Shown here: one piece after another, positions 40,209 through 48,313 of the stretch | How the letters are laid out: every line of letters starts with the position of its first letter | Numbering within the stretch: the stretch's first letter is position 1 | DNA from: a virus | DNA length: 64,000 nt | Reading direction: 5' to 3' (one strand) | IMG/VR virus record: IMGVR_UViG_3300045988_183505 | Coordinates: 32,001-96,000 of that record | Translations under genes and position numbers: made by a program | Notes under the pieces: generated by a model | What the model saw: the letters and a program-made list of their open reading frames with translations, nothing else | Databases searched by the model: none | Told to the model about the DNA's origin: nothing

Positions 40209-40349
40209 TTACACCTTCCCATAAAACGTCTTGTAAACCAGCACCCCATGCTGTCTTTCCTTTGCCTGTTTTTCGGCTTTGCTGAACCCTCTTGCGATAA
40301 CACAATAGCCGTCTGCAAATGTAAATGTATAGTAATTGTATTTTGTCAC
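40209..40349 (-). CDS. 46-aa micro-ORF, paralogue of 40027..40164
   Basis: GTG start at 40349 follows GGAAAGAGAGGG. The sequence is (M)TKYNYYTFTFADGYCVIARGFSKAEKQAKERQHGVLVYKTFYGKV. It is the first ORF after promoter P1. Confidence 0.4.
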   Translation of the reverse strand: MTKYNYYTFTFADGYCVIARGFSKAEKQAKERQHGVLVYKTFYGKV

Positions 40350-40393
40350 TGCTTCATACCCTCTCTTTCCTGTGCAGTTATCTTACATTATTT

Positions 40394-40422
40394 ATTATAC
40401 CACTTTGTATAGCTGTTGTCAA
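40394..40422 (-). promoter_or_regulatory. family-A promoter cassette P1
   Basis: The minus strand reads TGTATTGACAacagctatacaaagtggTATAAT, giving TTGACA, a 17-nt spacer and TATAAT. Confidence 0.7.
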
Positions 40423-40507
40423 TACATTTTAAGGCTGATAACGGTAAAATATATGTTTCCTTATTTTTCGATTTTTGTGTATCATATACAAATGGTATAG
40501 AATAAGC

Positions 40508-40551
40508 ACAAATAAAGAATAAATGCCTGCACCAGTATCTGATGCAAGCAC
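40508..40551 (-). terminator. intrinsic terminator after 40556..41125
   Basis: Minus-strand TGCTTGCA-loop-TGCAGGCA (one mismatch) is followed by TTTATTCTTTATTT. Confidence 0.5.
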
Positions 40552-40555
40552 TTAT

Positions 40556-41125
40556 TCAAAAGCCTATTCTTTTCACTTTTTTATGTTCTTTCTTTTCAAA
40601 GTAATTGGCAGCAAATTCGGCTTCTGTGATACTGCGAAAAGAATACTCATAATCCACATAAACCGTGCCATCGGCATCATATGCAATGACATTGTAATTG
40701 CCTGATTTATTATAGCAGCTTATTCCCTTTCGATACTCAGAAATTCCATTTCTCAAAAAATCTTTCACATTCTCTGGCACGTTTCCTGAAAAAGTAACAA
40801 AAACGCTCTGCCTTGCATCTGCAATGAAATTGCAATATTGTTTGGCAAGTACCGATTTTGGATTCCATTCGCCATCTGCCCAATACCGAACGTGTTCAAA
40901 CAGCGTAAAAATCTCAACGTCCATGTGGTATTTTCTTGCCCAAAGAATCACGTTTTCCGTTGCTTTTACTTCCGTATACACAATCATGCCATGCAGTTCG
41001 GAAAATCGTTTCAGCCTCTTTCCTGTATCGGAAAATACCAAAAATCCATAGTACAGCGTTTGTGTGTCCGGAGCATACTCTCCCAGTAAGAAAACTTGAA
41101 CCTTTTGCTTTCCTATCCTTTCCAT
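40556..41125 (-). CDS. hypothetical protein
   Basis: 189-aa ORF downstream of the signal peptidase gene. No family recognised with confidence. Confidence 0.6.
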   Translation of the reverse strand: MERIGKQKVQVFLLGEYAPDTQTLYYGFLVFSDTGKRLKRFSELHGMIVYTEVKATENVILWARKYHMDVEIFTLFEHVRYWADGEWNPKSVLAKQYCNFIADARQSVFVTFSGNVPENVKDFLRNGISEYRKGISCYNKSGNYNVIAYDADGTVYVDYEYSFRSITEAEFAANYFEKKEHKKVKRIGF

Positions 41126-41138
41126 AAAGCACTCCTTG

Positions 41139-41645
41139 TCACATTGCCCATTTCAAAAATGCCACACCCTGTATGTCTTTTTTCGGAATACAGCCTACAT
41201 CTGCACTTCGACTATCCCTTGAATTGTTCCGATTATCACCCATTACAAAGTAACAATCATCTGGAACAGTTATCGGATAATCCCAGCCGCCCTCATCTGT
41301 TGTTGTCAATTCCTTGATATACGGCTCTACAAGAACCTCTCCGTTTACCTTTACAGTACCGGTATCAAAGTCAATATCCACAGTATCGCCGCCCTCTGCA
41401 ATCACTCTCTTTACGAGAGCCTTCTCCAGCTTGCTGTTGCAGACAATAACATCTCCTTTCTTCGGCTCTGCGTGTCTCCAGAGAAGAAGATGGTCTCCGT
41501 TCTGGTAAGTATCATTCATCGAATTACCGCTTACCACTGCCGGTTTGATAACCACCGTAAATGTTCCAAACACCAGAGCTGCCGGAATAAGAATAAACAT
41601 GGATTCTTTCAGCCAATTTTTAATGTTCCGCTTTTTCTTTGCCAT
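41139..41645 (-). CDS. lepB: signal peptidase I (S26 family)
   Basis: Motifs are SGNSM (catalytic Ser), KRVIAEGGD (Lys box) and GDNRNNSRDSR, with an N-terminal TM helix. The start is refined to ATG 41645 (AAAGGA 7 nt upstream). Confidence 0.9.
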   Translation of the reverse strand: MAKKKRNIKNWLKESMFILIPAALVFGTFTVVIKPAVVSGNSMNDTYQNGDHLLLWRHAEPKKGDVIVCNSKLEKALVKRVIAEGGDTVDIDFDTGTVKVNGEVLVEPYIKELTTTDEGGWDYPITVPDDCYFVMGDNRNNSRDSRSADVGCIPKKDIQGVAFLKWAM

Positions 41646-41646
41646 T

Positions 41647-42033
41647 TCAATTTCCTTTCTTTCGGTTGATTTTTTTGTTTCCGGCACAATTTACCCATTC
41701 AAACGGCAACCCATCATTTTCTATTATCTCATGTAAGAAAAGCCGAACTGCTTCTGACACTGAAATATCCAACTTTTTGAATGCAGACATTACTTGTTCC
41801 TTATCCTTTCGGCTGATTTTCAACGTCATTGTGGTTGTCAAATTCTTATTCAGGTCTTCCTTCATACAGGAATTTTCAAATGGAAATACTCCATCTTTGC
41901 TTACCTTAATCAGAAAAAAACGAATTGCTGTTGTTATAGGAAATCTTGCATTATCGAAGACTTGTTGTGCCTGTTCCTTCATGTTTTTTTGTATACGAAC
42001 TGTAATCAATACATCATATTTATTCAGCATCAT
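41647..42033 (-). CDS. tandem double RelB/DinJ-type (RHH antitoxin-like) protein
   Basis: There are two repeats. One is TVRIQKNMKEQAQQVFDNARFPITTAIRFFLIKVSKDGVFPFE. The other is TLKISRKDKEQVMSAFKKLDISVSEAVRLFLHEIIENDGLPFEW. Confidence 0.75.
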   Translation of the reverse strand: MMLNKYDVLITVRIQKNMKEQAQQVFDNARFPITTAIRFFLIKVSKDGVFPFENSCMKEDLNKNLTTTMTLKISRKDKEQVMSAFKKLDISVSEAVRLFLHEIIENDGLPFEWVNCAGNKKINRKKGN

Positions 42034-42301
42034 CTTTCACCGTCCTCGCTTCATACGGTTGATTCAGAATATTTTCGATTTCTTCCGTGAATCTATTCAA
42101 TACATCTGTATAGCCAACTGGAATCAGTGTTTGAAACAATGAACTTGCCTCAAAAGTAGCCTTCTTTAATTTGCCATCATGCACATACAGTGTTGTTACG
42201 GTACGCTTTTCCCCTCTGGACTGTCTGCCGATAAACAGGCTCACCCTTAACGGATTATCTGCACCAGCATATGTATTCAACAAAATAGTTCCTTTTTTCA
42301 T
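42020..42301 (-). CDS. hypothetical protein
   Basis: 93-aa ORF that overlaps the downstream gene by 14 nt. Confidence 0.5.
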   Translation of the reverse strand: MKKGTILLNTYAGADNPLRVSLFIGRQSRGEKRTVTTLYVHDGKLKKATFEASSLFQTLIPVGYTDVLNRFTEEIENILNQPYEARTVKDDAE

Positions 42302-42306
42302 ACTTT

Positions 42307-43158
42307 TCAGACCTTTCTATCCACAGTGTCGTATGTTAAATCCACCAAATGTGTTATTTTATCCACTGTATATGTTTCTTTTTGAATGCAGACGGAATCG
42401 TCTAGTCCCCAGTCACCATAAGCTATTTGGACAATGTAAGCCTCATATACATATGTTGTGCTTTCTTCATGAAAGGAACGATATACAACCGGTTCGTCAC
42501 TTAGAGCAGACGATAAATCCATGCAGCGATAGACTGTTTCTGCTGTCAGCTCTCCTACAATTCCCATGCAGAGACCAGCATCACTCTGTACAGAACATTT
42601 TCTTTTGGGATATATAATGCGATACGCTCTTGGAATCTTTTTTGAAACAAGTGAATCGTTGTCATAATACTCACGATTTTCAGTATAGCGAATGCTATAC
42701 ATCAGATAATCTTCATTTTCTCCACAATAAATGACTTCCGTATTAGAAAACGTATCTCCGGAAACCATGTTTTGATTGGATTCATTCACAAAGTCTTGCA
42801 GCTGTTTGTCTGTCAATGCAGCGTCCATATCAATCGGTGCTTTCAAGCGAATTGGACATACCAGAATTTTTTCTCCATCAGCCAGCGGAACATCGAATAA
42901 GTCTATTTCTCCGCACGACAAATCAGAAATAAAATCCGTTGTCTGATAATTCTTATCTACGATTTCCATTAGTTCTGAATCCGATAACTGTTGTAGTTCT
43001 TCTACAGAACGGAAGTGCTTTGCACGTTCTACGGAACTGCTTTGTGTCGTCTGAACATTTTGCATCTCCATTTCTGAACCTGTTGTTTCCATCTGATTCA
43101 TGGAGCAGGCAGTCAGTCCCAACAGGCACATGGCAAGTAACGTGATTTTTCTACGCAT
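42307..43158 (-). CDS. lipoprotein
   Basis: MRRKITLLAMCLLGLTAC gives a signal peptide plus lipobox. AAAGGAGAAG RBS. It is the first gene after P2. Confidence 0.8.
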   Translation of the reverse strand: MRRKITLLAMCLLGLTACSMNQMETTGSEMEMQNVQTTQSSSVERAKHFRSVEELQQLSDSELMEIVDKNYQTTDFISDLSCGEIDLFDVPLADGEKILVCPIRLKAPIDMDAALTDKQLQDFVNESNQNMVSGDTFSNTEVIYCGENEDYLMYSIRYTENREYYDNDSLVSKKIPRAYRIIYPKRKCSVQSDAGLCMGIVGELTAETVYRCMDLSSALSDEPVVYRSFHEESTTYVYEAYIVQIAYGDWGLDDSVCIQKETYTVDKITHLVDLTYDTVDRKV

Positions 43159-43198
43159 AAGTTTTCTTCTCCTTTGTGTGTATCCGTTGTATATACCT

Positions 43199-43228
43199 AT
43201 TATATCATATTTGTATATCTATCGTCAA
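43199..43228 (-). promoter_or_regulatory. family-A promoter cassette P2 (diverged)
   Basis: The minus strand reads TGTATTGACGatagatatacaaatatgaTATAAT, with an 18-nt spacer. Confidence 0.6.
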
Positions 43229-43324
43229 TACATATACATTTGTACTCTATAGAACTTTTTCGTTATTTTCCCATATAAATTATGCAGAGTACACAAAAGC
43301 ACCAGCTTTCGCCGGTGCTTGCAG

Positions 43325-43663
43325 CTAATCTCTTTCCAGATTTTCTTTTGTATGCTGTTTTGATGGATTCAATCCCATATCCGCAAATGGCGGTGTGCGT
43401 TCCAATTCAATCTGCTGCCCTGTTACTTCCTGCAACCGGTCAAGCAGAATTTTTTGTCCATCTGGTTGATTTGCCAATTCAGATGCCGCACTCATTAAGT
43501 TTTGTGAATACCAACCCTCTGGGGTATCTTCACCTGCTGAACGATATACCAGAATGTTTTGCTTATTCTGAGGGTCTTGTTGAATCTGGTCATTTGCCAC
43601 CAGTGCGTCCAGAAGCTGAATGCACTGATAAAAATTGAGTTGTTCGTCTGTACTCTTACTCAT
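43325..43663 (-). CDS. hypothetical protein, ERD-type tail
   Basis: 112 aa. It is the last gene of the P3 module. Ends ...NPSKQHTKENLERD. Confidence 0.6.
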   Translation of the reverse strand: MSKSTDEQLNFYQCIQLLDALVANDQIQQDPQNKQNILVYRSAGEDTPEGWYSQNLMSAASELANQPDGQKILLDRLQEVTGQQIELERTPPFADMGLNPSKQHTKENLERD

Positions 43664-43892
43664 TGTCTACTCCTGTTCCATTCGCCTTGTCCCACAATTT
43701 GAGTGCATCTTGAATTGACAAATACCCTCTTGCAATACTGATTGCTGTACCGTCATTCACATGATGCTTTCTTTGAAAGTCATGACAAACCGCCAATTCG
43801 TCCGCTTGCGTATGCAGTTTTCCTGCCCTCTGCACTTCCTTGTACTGTTTGTGCAGTTCATTCATGCTTCTTACAAATGCTTCAAAATCCAT
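43656..43892 (-). CDS. hypothetical protein
   Basis: 78-aa ORF with an 8-nt overlap with the downstream gene. Confidence 0.5.
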   Translation of the reverse strand: MDFEAFVRSMNELHKQYKEVQRAGKLHTQADELAVCHDFQRKHHVNDGTAISIARGYLSIQDALKLWDKANGTGVDNE

Positions 43893-43901
43893 AATATAAT
43901 C

Positions 43902-44186
43902 TCACTTCACTTCCACAGGCACAATTTCATAGTAATCATAATTTGACCATCGTTTCTGCCGTTCCATTTCTCTTTTTGCTTTTGATTCTGTACTGAACAC
44001 ATTCAGCAAAAATCTTCCATCTACGCCGTATTGTTTAACACAACCAAACAACACATATACATTCACGCAATCACCATCATCTTTTTTGTGTGCAAAAGCC
44101 ATTGCACCGGTCTCGCTGAAAGCAGAACACACACCTGCACTTCTGCAATTTTTGTTCCGGCAATTCTCCTGCTGTCGGAAAATCAT
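43902..44186 (-). CDS. hypothetical protein (start uncertain: 44186 or 44102)
   Basis: 94-aa ORF. It overlaps 44077..44514 by 110 nt if the long start is used. The Cys/Arg-rich sequence in the overlap leaves it unclear which frame is translated there. Confidence 0.45.
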   Translation of the reverse strand: MIFRQQENCRNKNCRSAGVCSAFSETGAMAFAHKKDDGDCVNVYVLFGCVKQYGVDGRFLLNVFSTESKAKREMERQKRWSNYDYYEIVPVEVK

Positions 44187-44514
44187 AATCTCTTATCTTC
44201 TCAAACGTGTGTATATGCTGGATAGAAAAATCATATGTACCATTCTTTCTCCGATAAAGATACGGCTCTCCCTTTATCCGGAATTTATCCCCTTGTTTCA
44301 TGGAATACTGCATTAGGTCTATCATCTTACACCCTCGGAATATCCATAAATGATGTTCCCTTCCGACAAAAGGCTTCCCATTTGCCTGCACCCCTTCTAC
44401 ACGAATATATCGAAACAGATAGCCAGAACCTTCCTTGCGGTCAAATGTGCCATAAACAGTTGCCCCAAGTCCAACAAACGCTTCTGCCAGATAACTTCTA
44501 CCGTCCCTCAGCAT
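44077..44514 (-). CDS. hypothetical protein
   Basis: 145-aa ORF. See the overlap note on 43902..44186. Confidence 0.55.
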   Translation of the reverse strand: MLRDGRSYLAEAFVGLGATVYGTFDRKEGSGYLFRYIRVEGVQANGKPFVGREHHLWIFRGCKMIDLMQYSMKQGDKFRIKGEPYLYRRKNGTYDFSIQHIHTFEKIRDYDFPTAGELPEQKLQKCRCVFCFQRDRCNGFCTQKR

Positions 44515-44516
44515 AT

Positions 44517-44963
44517 TCAGCCTTCTTCCACATCACTCCACACAAGTGCTGCATTATTCGCAACACACTCTTTCAGCAATGCAGAGAAATCCTGAAAGTG
44601 CATTTCAGAGTGGTCTGCAAGTGCATAATTCAGTTCATCTTCATATCCTTTGATTTTTTCATAAATCTCATTGCAGTTCTTCGCAGACAGTGTTCCTTTG
44701 CAATACGGCTGTCCGATAAACCGTGCCGCACCCTCAGAAATTTCTCCATTCGCCTGCATACGACACAATGCTCCTTTGAGATGCTTCATATAAAACTGCT
44801 TTCTGCCGTCTGCCATATAAGCAAACAGAGGTGTTGTAAAAGCGTCCTGTACCTTTCTCAACGCTTTTCCATGAATCTGTGCAACTTTCCACCGTAGCAT
44901 TTCAAAACCGCCATAGCCCAATTCGTATCGTGTTCCTGTCTTTTCGCATTCTAAAACCAACAT
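44517..44963 (-). CDS. hypothetical protein
   Basis: 148 aa. It is the first gene after P3. Confidence 0.6.
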   Translation of the reverse strand: MLVLECEKTGTRYELGYGGFEMLRWKVAQIHGKALRKVQDAFTTPLFAYMADGRKQFYMKHLKGALCRMQANGEISEGAARFIGQPYCKGTLSAKNCNEIYEKIKGYEDELNYALADHSEMHFQDFSALLKECVANNAALVWSDVEEG

Positions 44964-45054
44964 ATTTATCCTACCTTTCGTCCTTTTCAGCTTGCTTTTA
45001 CACGATTTCTACCGCTGTAGTTTATTCCTGTTTATTTTGGCTTACTCTACTACT

Positions 45055-45083
45055 ATTATACGTTTTTGTATAGCCATTGTCAA
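45055..45083 (-). promoter_or_regulatory. family-A promoter cassette P3
   Basis: The minus strand reads TGTATTGACAatggctatacaaaaacgTATAAT, with a 17-nt spacer. Confidence 0.7.
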
Positions 45084-45156
45084 TACATATAATATGAACA
45101 ACCATTAAAATATCCGTTGCCAATTATCGTGACAGCGAATATATGAATACAGATAC

Positions 45157-45891
45157 TTATTGCACCTGTTTTCTGGAAGCTCTATCAAAATCCGGTTTAA
45201 GTTGTTGAACTATTGTCTCACAATCTCTGCATTTCCGTATATCCTTCTCCATCATCACATAATTGAAATGGTCTGTGATAACATCACACAGAGAACAGAA
45301 CGCATTGTCCAAGTGCGGCGGTGTCCAGATGTCAGAACGGCACAGGAATATGCCGTCAAACACATAGTTCTTTTCTTCTATCTTTGAGAGGTTTTTCTGA
45401 ACGATACCACGAAATGCTCTGTTCTCTTTTCTGTCTTTATCCAAGCCGAACATTTCAAGTGACACCGGATTTGCAACCCAAGTAAGCCCCATATCATATT
45501 CTTGCAGAAGATGGGAAATCCAGTTGCCACAGTCCAGTTCTTCGTTATTGTTTACAATGTCATGGTGCATATCTACATTGACAAGTCGCAGTTCATCGTC
45601 TTCTGAAACTGTATCATGCACAAAATCATACGCATGAACGTGACTTTGAGCAATCATCACAGGGCAATCCGAAGATTGTTTTCGCAGGATTCGTTTGATG
45701 CAGTTCAGTTCATCAGAAAGCACCCCAACAGAGCGTGTCAAAGAGCCTTGCCTTTCACCCAGATAGTGTGAAGCCCATATCAGAGTAGACAGTTCTGTCG
45801 GACGGTCAACGCCGTCAGGAAAGCTTCTCACCGCTTCTTTGGTTGCTTGCAGGAAATAATCAAAATCTATGGATAAGATTCTTCTAATCAC
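45157..45891 (-). CDS. His/Asp-motif protein, paralogue of 49627..50376 (possible arginase/deacetylase-fold, UPF0489-like hydrolase)
   Basis: Shared blocks with the paralogue are SIDF.YF, SHVHAYDF/SQVHVYNF, (N/L)DMHHD/DMYHD, C(G/R)NW and IFLCRSD...PPHLD. The fold assignment is weak and from memory. Confidence 0.65.
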   Translation of the reverse strand: MIRRILSIDFDYFLQATKEAVRSFPDGVDRPTELSTLIWASHYLGERQGSLTRSVGVLSDELNCIKRILRKQSSDCPVMIAQSHVHAYDFVHDTVSEDDELRLVNVDMHHDIVNNNEELDCGNWISHLLQEYDMGLTWVANPVSLEMFGLDKDRKENRAFRGIVQKNLSKIEEKNYVFDGIFLCRSDIWTPPHLDNAFCSLCDVITDHFNYVMMEKDIRKCRDCETIVQQLKPDFDRASRKQVQ

Positions 45892-46228
45892 GTTCCATAT
45901 CCTTTCCGGCTTTTTCTGCCTTTGGTGCTGACTTTTCTACATCTGCATACTTTGATTTCTCAAAGAACTCTGACATATAAGTTCCACGCAGGTCATGTGT
46001 TCTTCCAAATTCCAATGCTGCATTCCCTACCCAGTTTGGAATGTTTGCTTGTTCCATATCATGAAACACGCTGCTCATGGCTTCTTGTGCCTGCTGATAC
46101 CCTTCCTTATCCCCTGTCTTTTCAGCAATTTCCTTTTCAAAAGACCAGTACATAGCACCTTCCAAAATTGATTGCTCTTTCTTTCCGACTTCAAACTCCA
46201 AGTTGCCGTTTTTCAAATGATAGCTCAC
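45884..46228 (-). CDS. hypothetical protein, ERD-type tail
   Basis: 114 aa. Ends ...APKAEKAGKDMERD, encoded GAA CGT GAT. It overlaps the next start by 8 nt. Confidence 0.6.
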   Translation of the reverse strand: MSYHLKNGNLEFEVGKKEQSILEGAMYWSFEKEIAEKTGDKEGYQQAQEAMSSVFHDMEQANIPNWVGNAALEFGRTHDLRGTYMSEFFEKSKYADVEKSAPKAEKAGKDMERD

Positions 46229-46608
46229 TTTTTGTCCCCTTTCTCCGGATAAGGTCTGTAATGCCGCTTTAAGTAGGATTGCAGTTCTTTCTTCTTACCA
46301 TATAAAAAATGGGAAGCAAGAATCTGTTCTCCAGCAATCTGTTTGGACAATGGCTTGATTTTTGTGCTTTCCTGCACACTCTCTGCTTTTTGTTCTTCCT
46401 CTGAGAAAAACCGGATTTCCACCGGTTCTTCTGCCGGTAAGAATTTCCCTTGTACTGGTTTGAGGATTCCGACTTTCCCTGTCCAAATCTGAATCACTTT
46501 TTCCGAAAGTCCTGTCTGCTGTAAAATGCTTTGAAAATATGCCTGACACATTTGCTCATGTTCAGCAATGGCTTCAAGCATTTTATCTCTACTTTCTTCA
46601 ATGTTCAA
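46225..46608 (-). CDS. hypothetical protein
   Basis: The start is refined to TTG 46608 (AAAGAGG 9 nt upstream). The track ORF extends to 46680 and would overlap the upstream gene. Confidence 0.55.
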   Translation of the reverse strand: MNIEESRDKMLEAIAEHEQMCQAYFQSILQQTGLSEKVIQIWTGKVGILKPVQGKFLPAEEPVEIRFFSEEEQKAESVQESTKIKPLSKQIAGEQILASHFLYGKKKELQSYLKRHYRPYPEKGDKK

Positions 46609-46624
46609 TTTCTTACGCCTCTTT

Positions 46625-46927
46625 TCAAACCGTAAATTCACTGCGGTATTTGCTGTCTGATGATAGCAGCCATGCTGCACTGTCTACATGATTTACAAAG
46701 TCCAGCATAATTGCTTCAACGCTGTCACAAGTCACGCAAATACGTTTTTGTGTGTACTTTTCATATGTGATATACACAAATTCTTCTCCGTCTTCTTCCA
46801 CATAATCCATTCGCTTGATTCCGGAAAAGTAATTTGTTCCATGTGATTCGTTGAAGTCTGCCAGCAATTTTCCCAGTTCCTCAACAAATTCTTTCTTATC
46901 CATTGCTTCTTTTGTCATGGCTATCAT
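46625..46927 (-). CDS. hypothetical protein
   Basis: 100-aa ORF with a 4-nt overlap with the upstream gene. Confidence 0.55.
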   Translation of the reverse strand: MIAMTKEAMDKKEFVEELGKLLADFNESHGTNYFSGIKRMDYVEEDGEEFVYITYEKYTQKRICVTCDSVEAIMLDFVNHVDSAAWLLSSDSKYRSEFTV

Positions 46928-47373
46928 TCTCCTTCCTGAGATAGTTCCCTGTATACATTACACTCTTTGTCAACCAAGACCTGCTGCTTTAGTTCCATTA
47001 AGCCTTCCACGCCTCTTGTGCTGGTAAGTCGTTTCTTGCCCTCTCGTGGAATTTCTACTACACGAACAGAGCAGACACGCTTTGTTCTTTCATTCCAGCC
47101 ATAATATTCCGTTTGTAATTGATGCGGAGCTTTTGCCCGATACTGATAAACCGATTCTTTACTGGCAAGGATTGCTTTGTGATGCTTTTTCAGATAGCTA
47201 TATGCTCCAACGGAAATACCGTCTGTTACTGCAAAATCATGCAACCCTTCTTTCTCCAGACAAGCTATAATTTCACCGGTGCGATTATCTTCGCCGCACA
47301 GCTCCAGCAGCTCACGGATTCTATCCGGTACATCATAGCCATTAAAAAGCAGAAACTTTGTATATCTTTCCAT
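46924..47373 (-). CDS. hypothetical protein
   Basis: 149 aa. It is the first gene after P4. Confidence 0.6.
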   Translation of the reverse strand: MERYTKFLLFNGYDVPDRIRELLELCGEDNRTGEIIACLEKEGLHDFAVTDGISVGAYSYLKKHHKAILASKESVYQYRAKAPHQLQTEYYGWNERTKRVCSVRVVEIPREGKKRLTSTRGVEGLMELKQQVLVDKECNVYRELSQEGE

Positions 47374-47427
47374 AGCCGCATCTCCTTATGATTTATTTGC
47401 ATTTATTTAGCTTTAACGACTATAACT

Positions 47428-47456
47428 ATTATATCATTTTGTATAGCTGTTGTCAA
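47428..47456 (-). promoter_or_regulatory. family-A promoter cassette P4
   Basis: The minus strand reads TGTATTGACAacagctatacaaaatgaTATAAT, with a 17-nt spacer. Confidence 0.7.
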
Positions 47457-47528
47457 TACAAATAACTTTGCACTAATATAAATATATTCGTTATTTAACA
47501 TGAAAAAAATATGAAAAATCACGAATGT

Positions 47529-48302
47529 TTACTTCAATAAAATTTCTGCTGCCTTATTGATTTTTTGAGCATACTCCTCACCCAATTCAGGGTGAACGTC
47601 AGGGTGTAACATACGCATCAATTTCTTCTGCTGTTTCTTTACTTCTTCTGCTGTGCAGTCGGTATTATCCAAAAATAAAACGCCTTTTGCCCACTCTTTT
47701 TCCTGTTCTGCTGTGGTGATTTTTCCCCTCAATCGCTGAATATCTTCCAGTTTTTTTAGAACTCGGTATCTGGCATCATCTATCATCTGATAGAAAATGC
47801 TCCGAAACATCGTCAACTTTTCCGGTTCTGTTATATCCAGCATTCCCTTTGAGGTAGGCTTACATTTACACGGTTCATTCTTCACCAGAAAATACTCCAT
47901 ACAGATTTTTTCTGTTTTTACTTTTGCCTTTATATCACACACAACACGATTCGTATTTGTCCCTACGTTTTTTACGTCAGTACAATAAATTCCAGTCTCC
48001 AGCAATTCATTTATGGAGAAAATATCGCCACGGTCTGTTGGCTCTCCATTCTTTTCGCCTTTGCTGAAACAGAACATTCCATGTACACTATCCAGATACA
48101 TTTCGCCATATGAGTATGTGGCAGTGAACACGGTAGCCTTTGCCTTTGCTGCTTCAATCAATCCCAAAAGATAATCTGTATCACAAGATTTCAGGTCAAT
48201 TCGCATCGGCAGATAACTTCTGCAAGTCTTGCAAAGATAACCATTGTATGTTTTCTTCGCCAAAAGTCCTGCGTCTTGCTTGCAAACAACACATTCTTTC
48301 AT
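47529..48302 (-). CDS. zinc-ribbon protein with a C-terminal J-domain (DnaJ-like, HPD motif)
   Basis: The N-terminus has CVVCK...CKTC. The C-terminus, EEVKKQQKKLMRMLHPDVHPELGEEYAQKINKAAEILL, is a J-domain helix II-HPD-helix III. Confidence 0.85.
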   Translation of the reverse strand: MKECVVCKQDAGLLAKKTYNGYLCKTCRSYLPMRIDLKSCDTDYLLGLIEAAKAKATVFTATYSYGEMYLDSVHGMFCFSKGEKNGEPTDRGDIFSINELLETGIYCTDVKNVGTNTNRVVCDIKAKVKTEKICMEYFLVKNEPCKCKPTSKGMLDITEPEKLTMFRSIFYQMIDDARYRVLKKLEDIQRLRGKITTAEQEKEWAKGVLFLDNTDCTAEEVKKQQKKLMRMLHPDVHPELGEEYAQKINKAAEILLK

Positions 48303-48313
48303 AGCTTTCCCCT

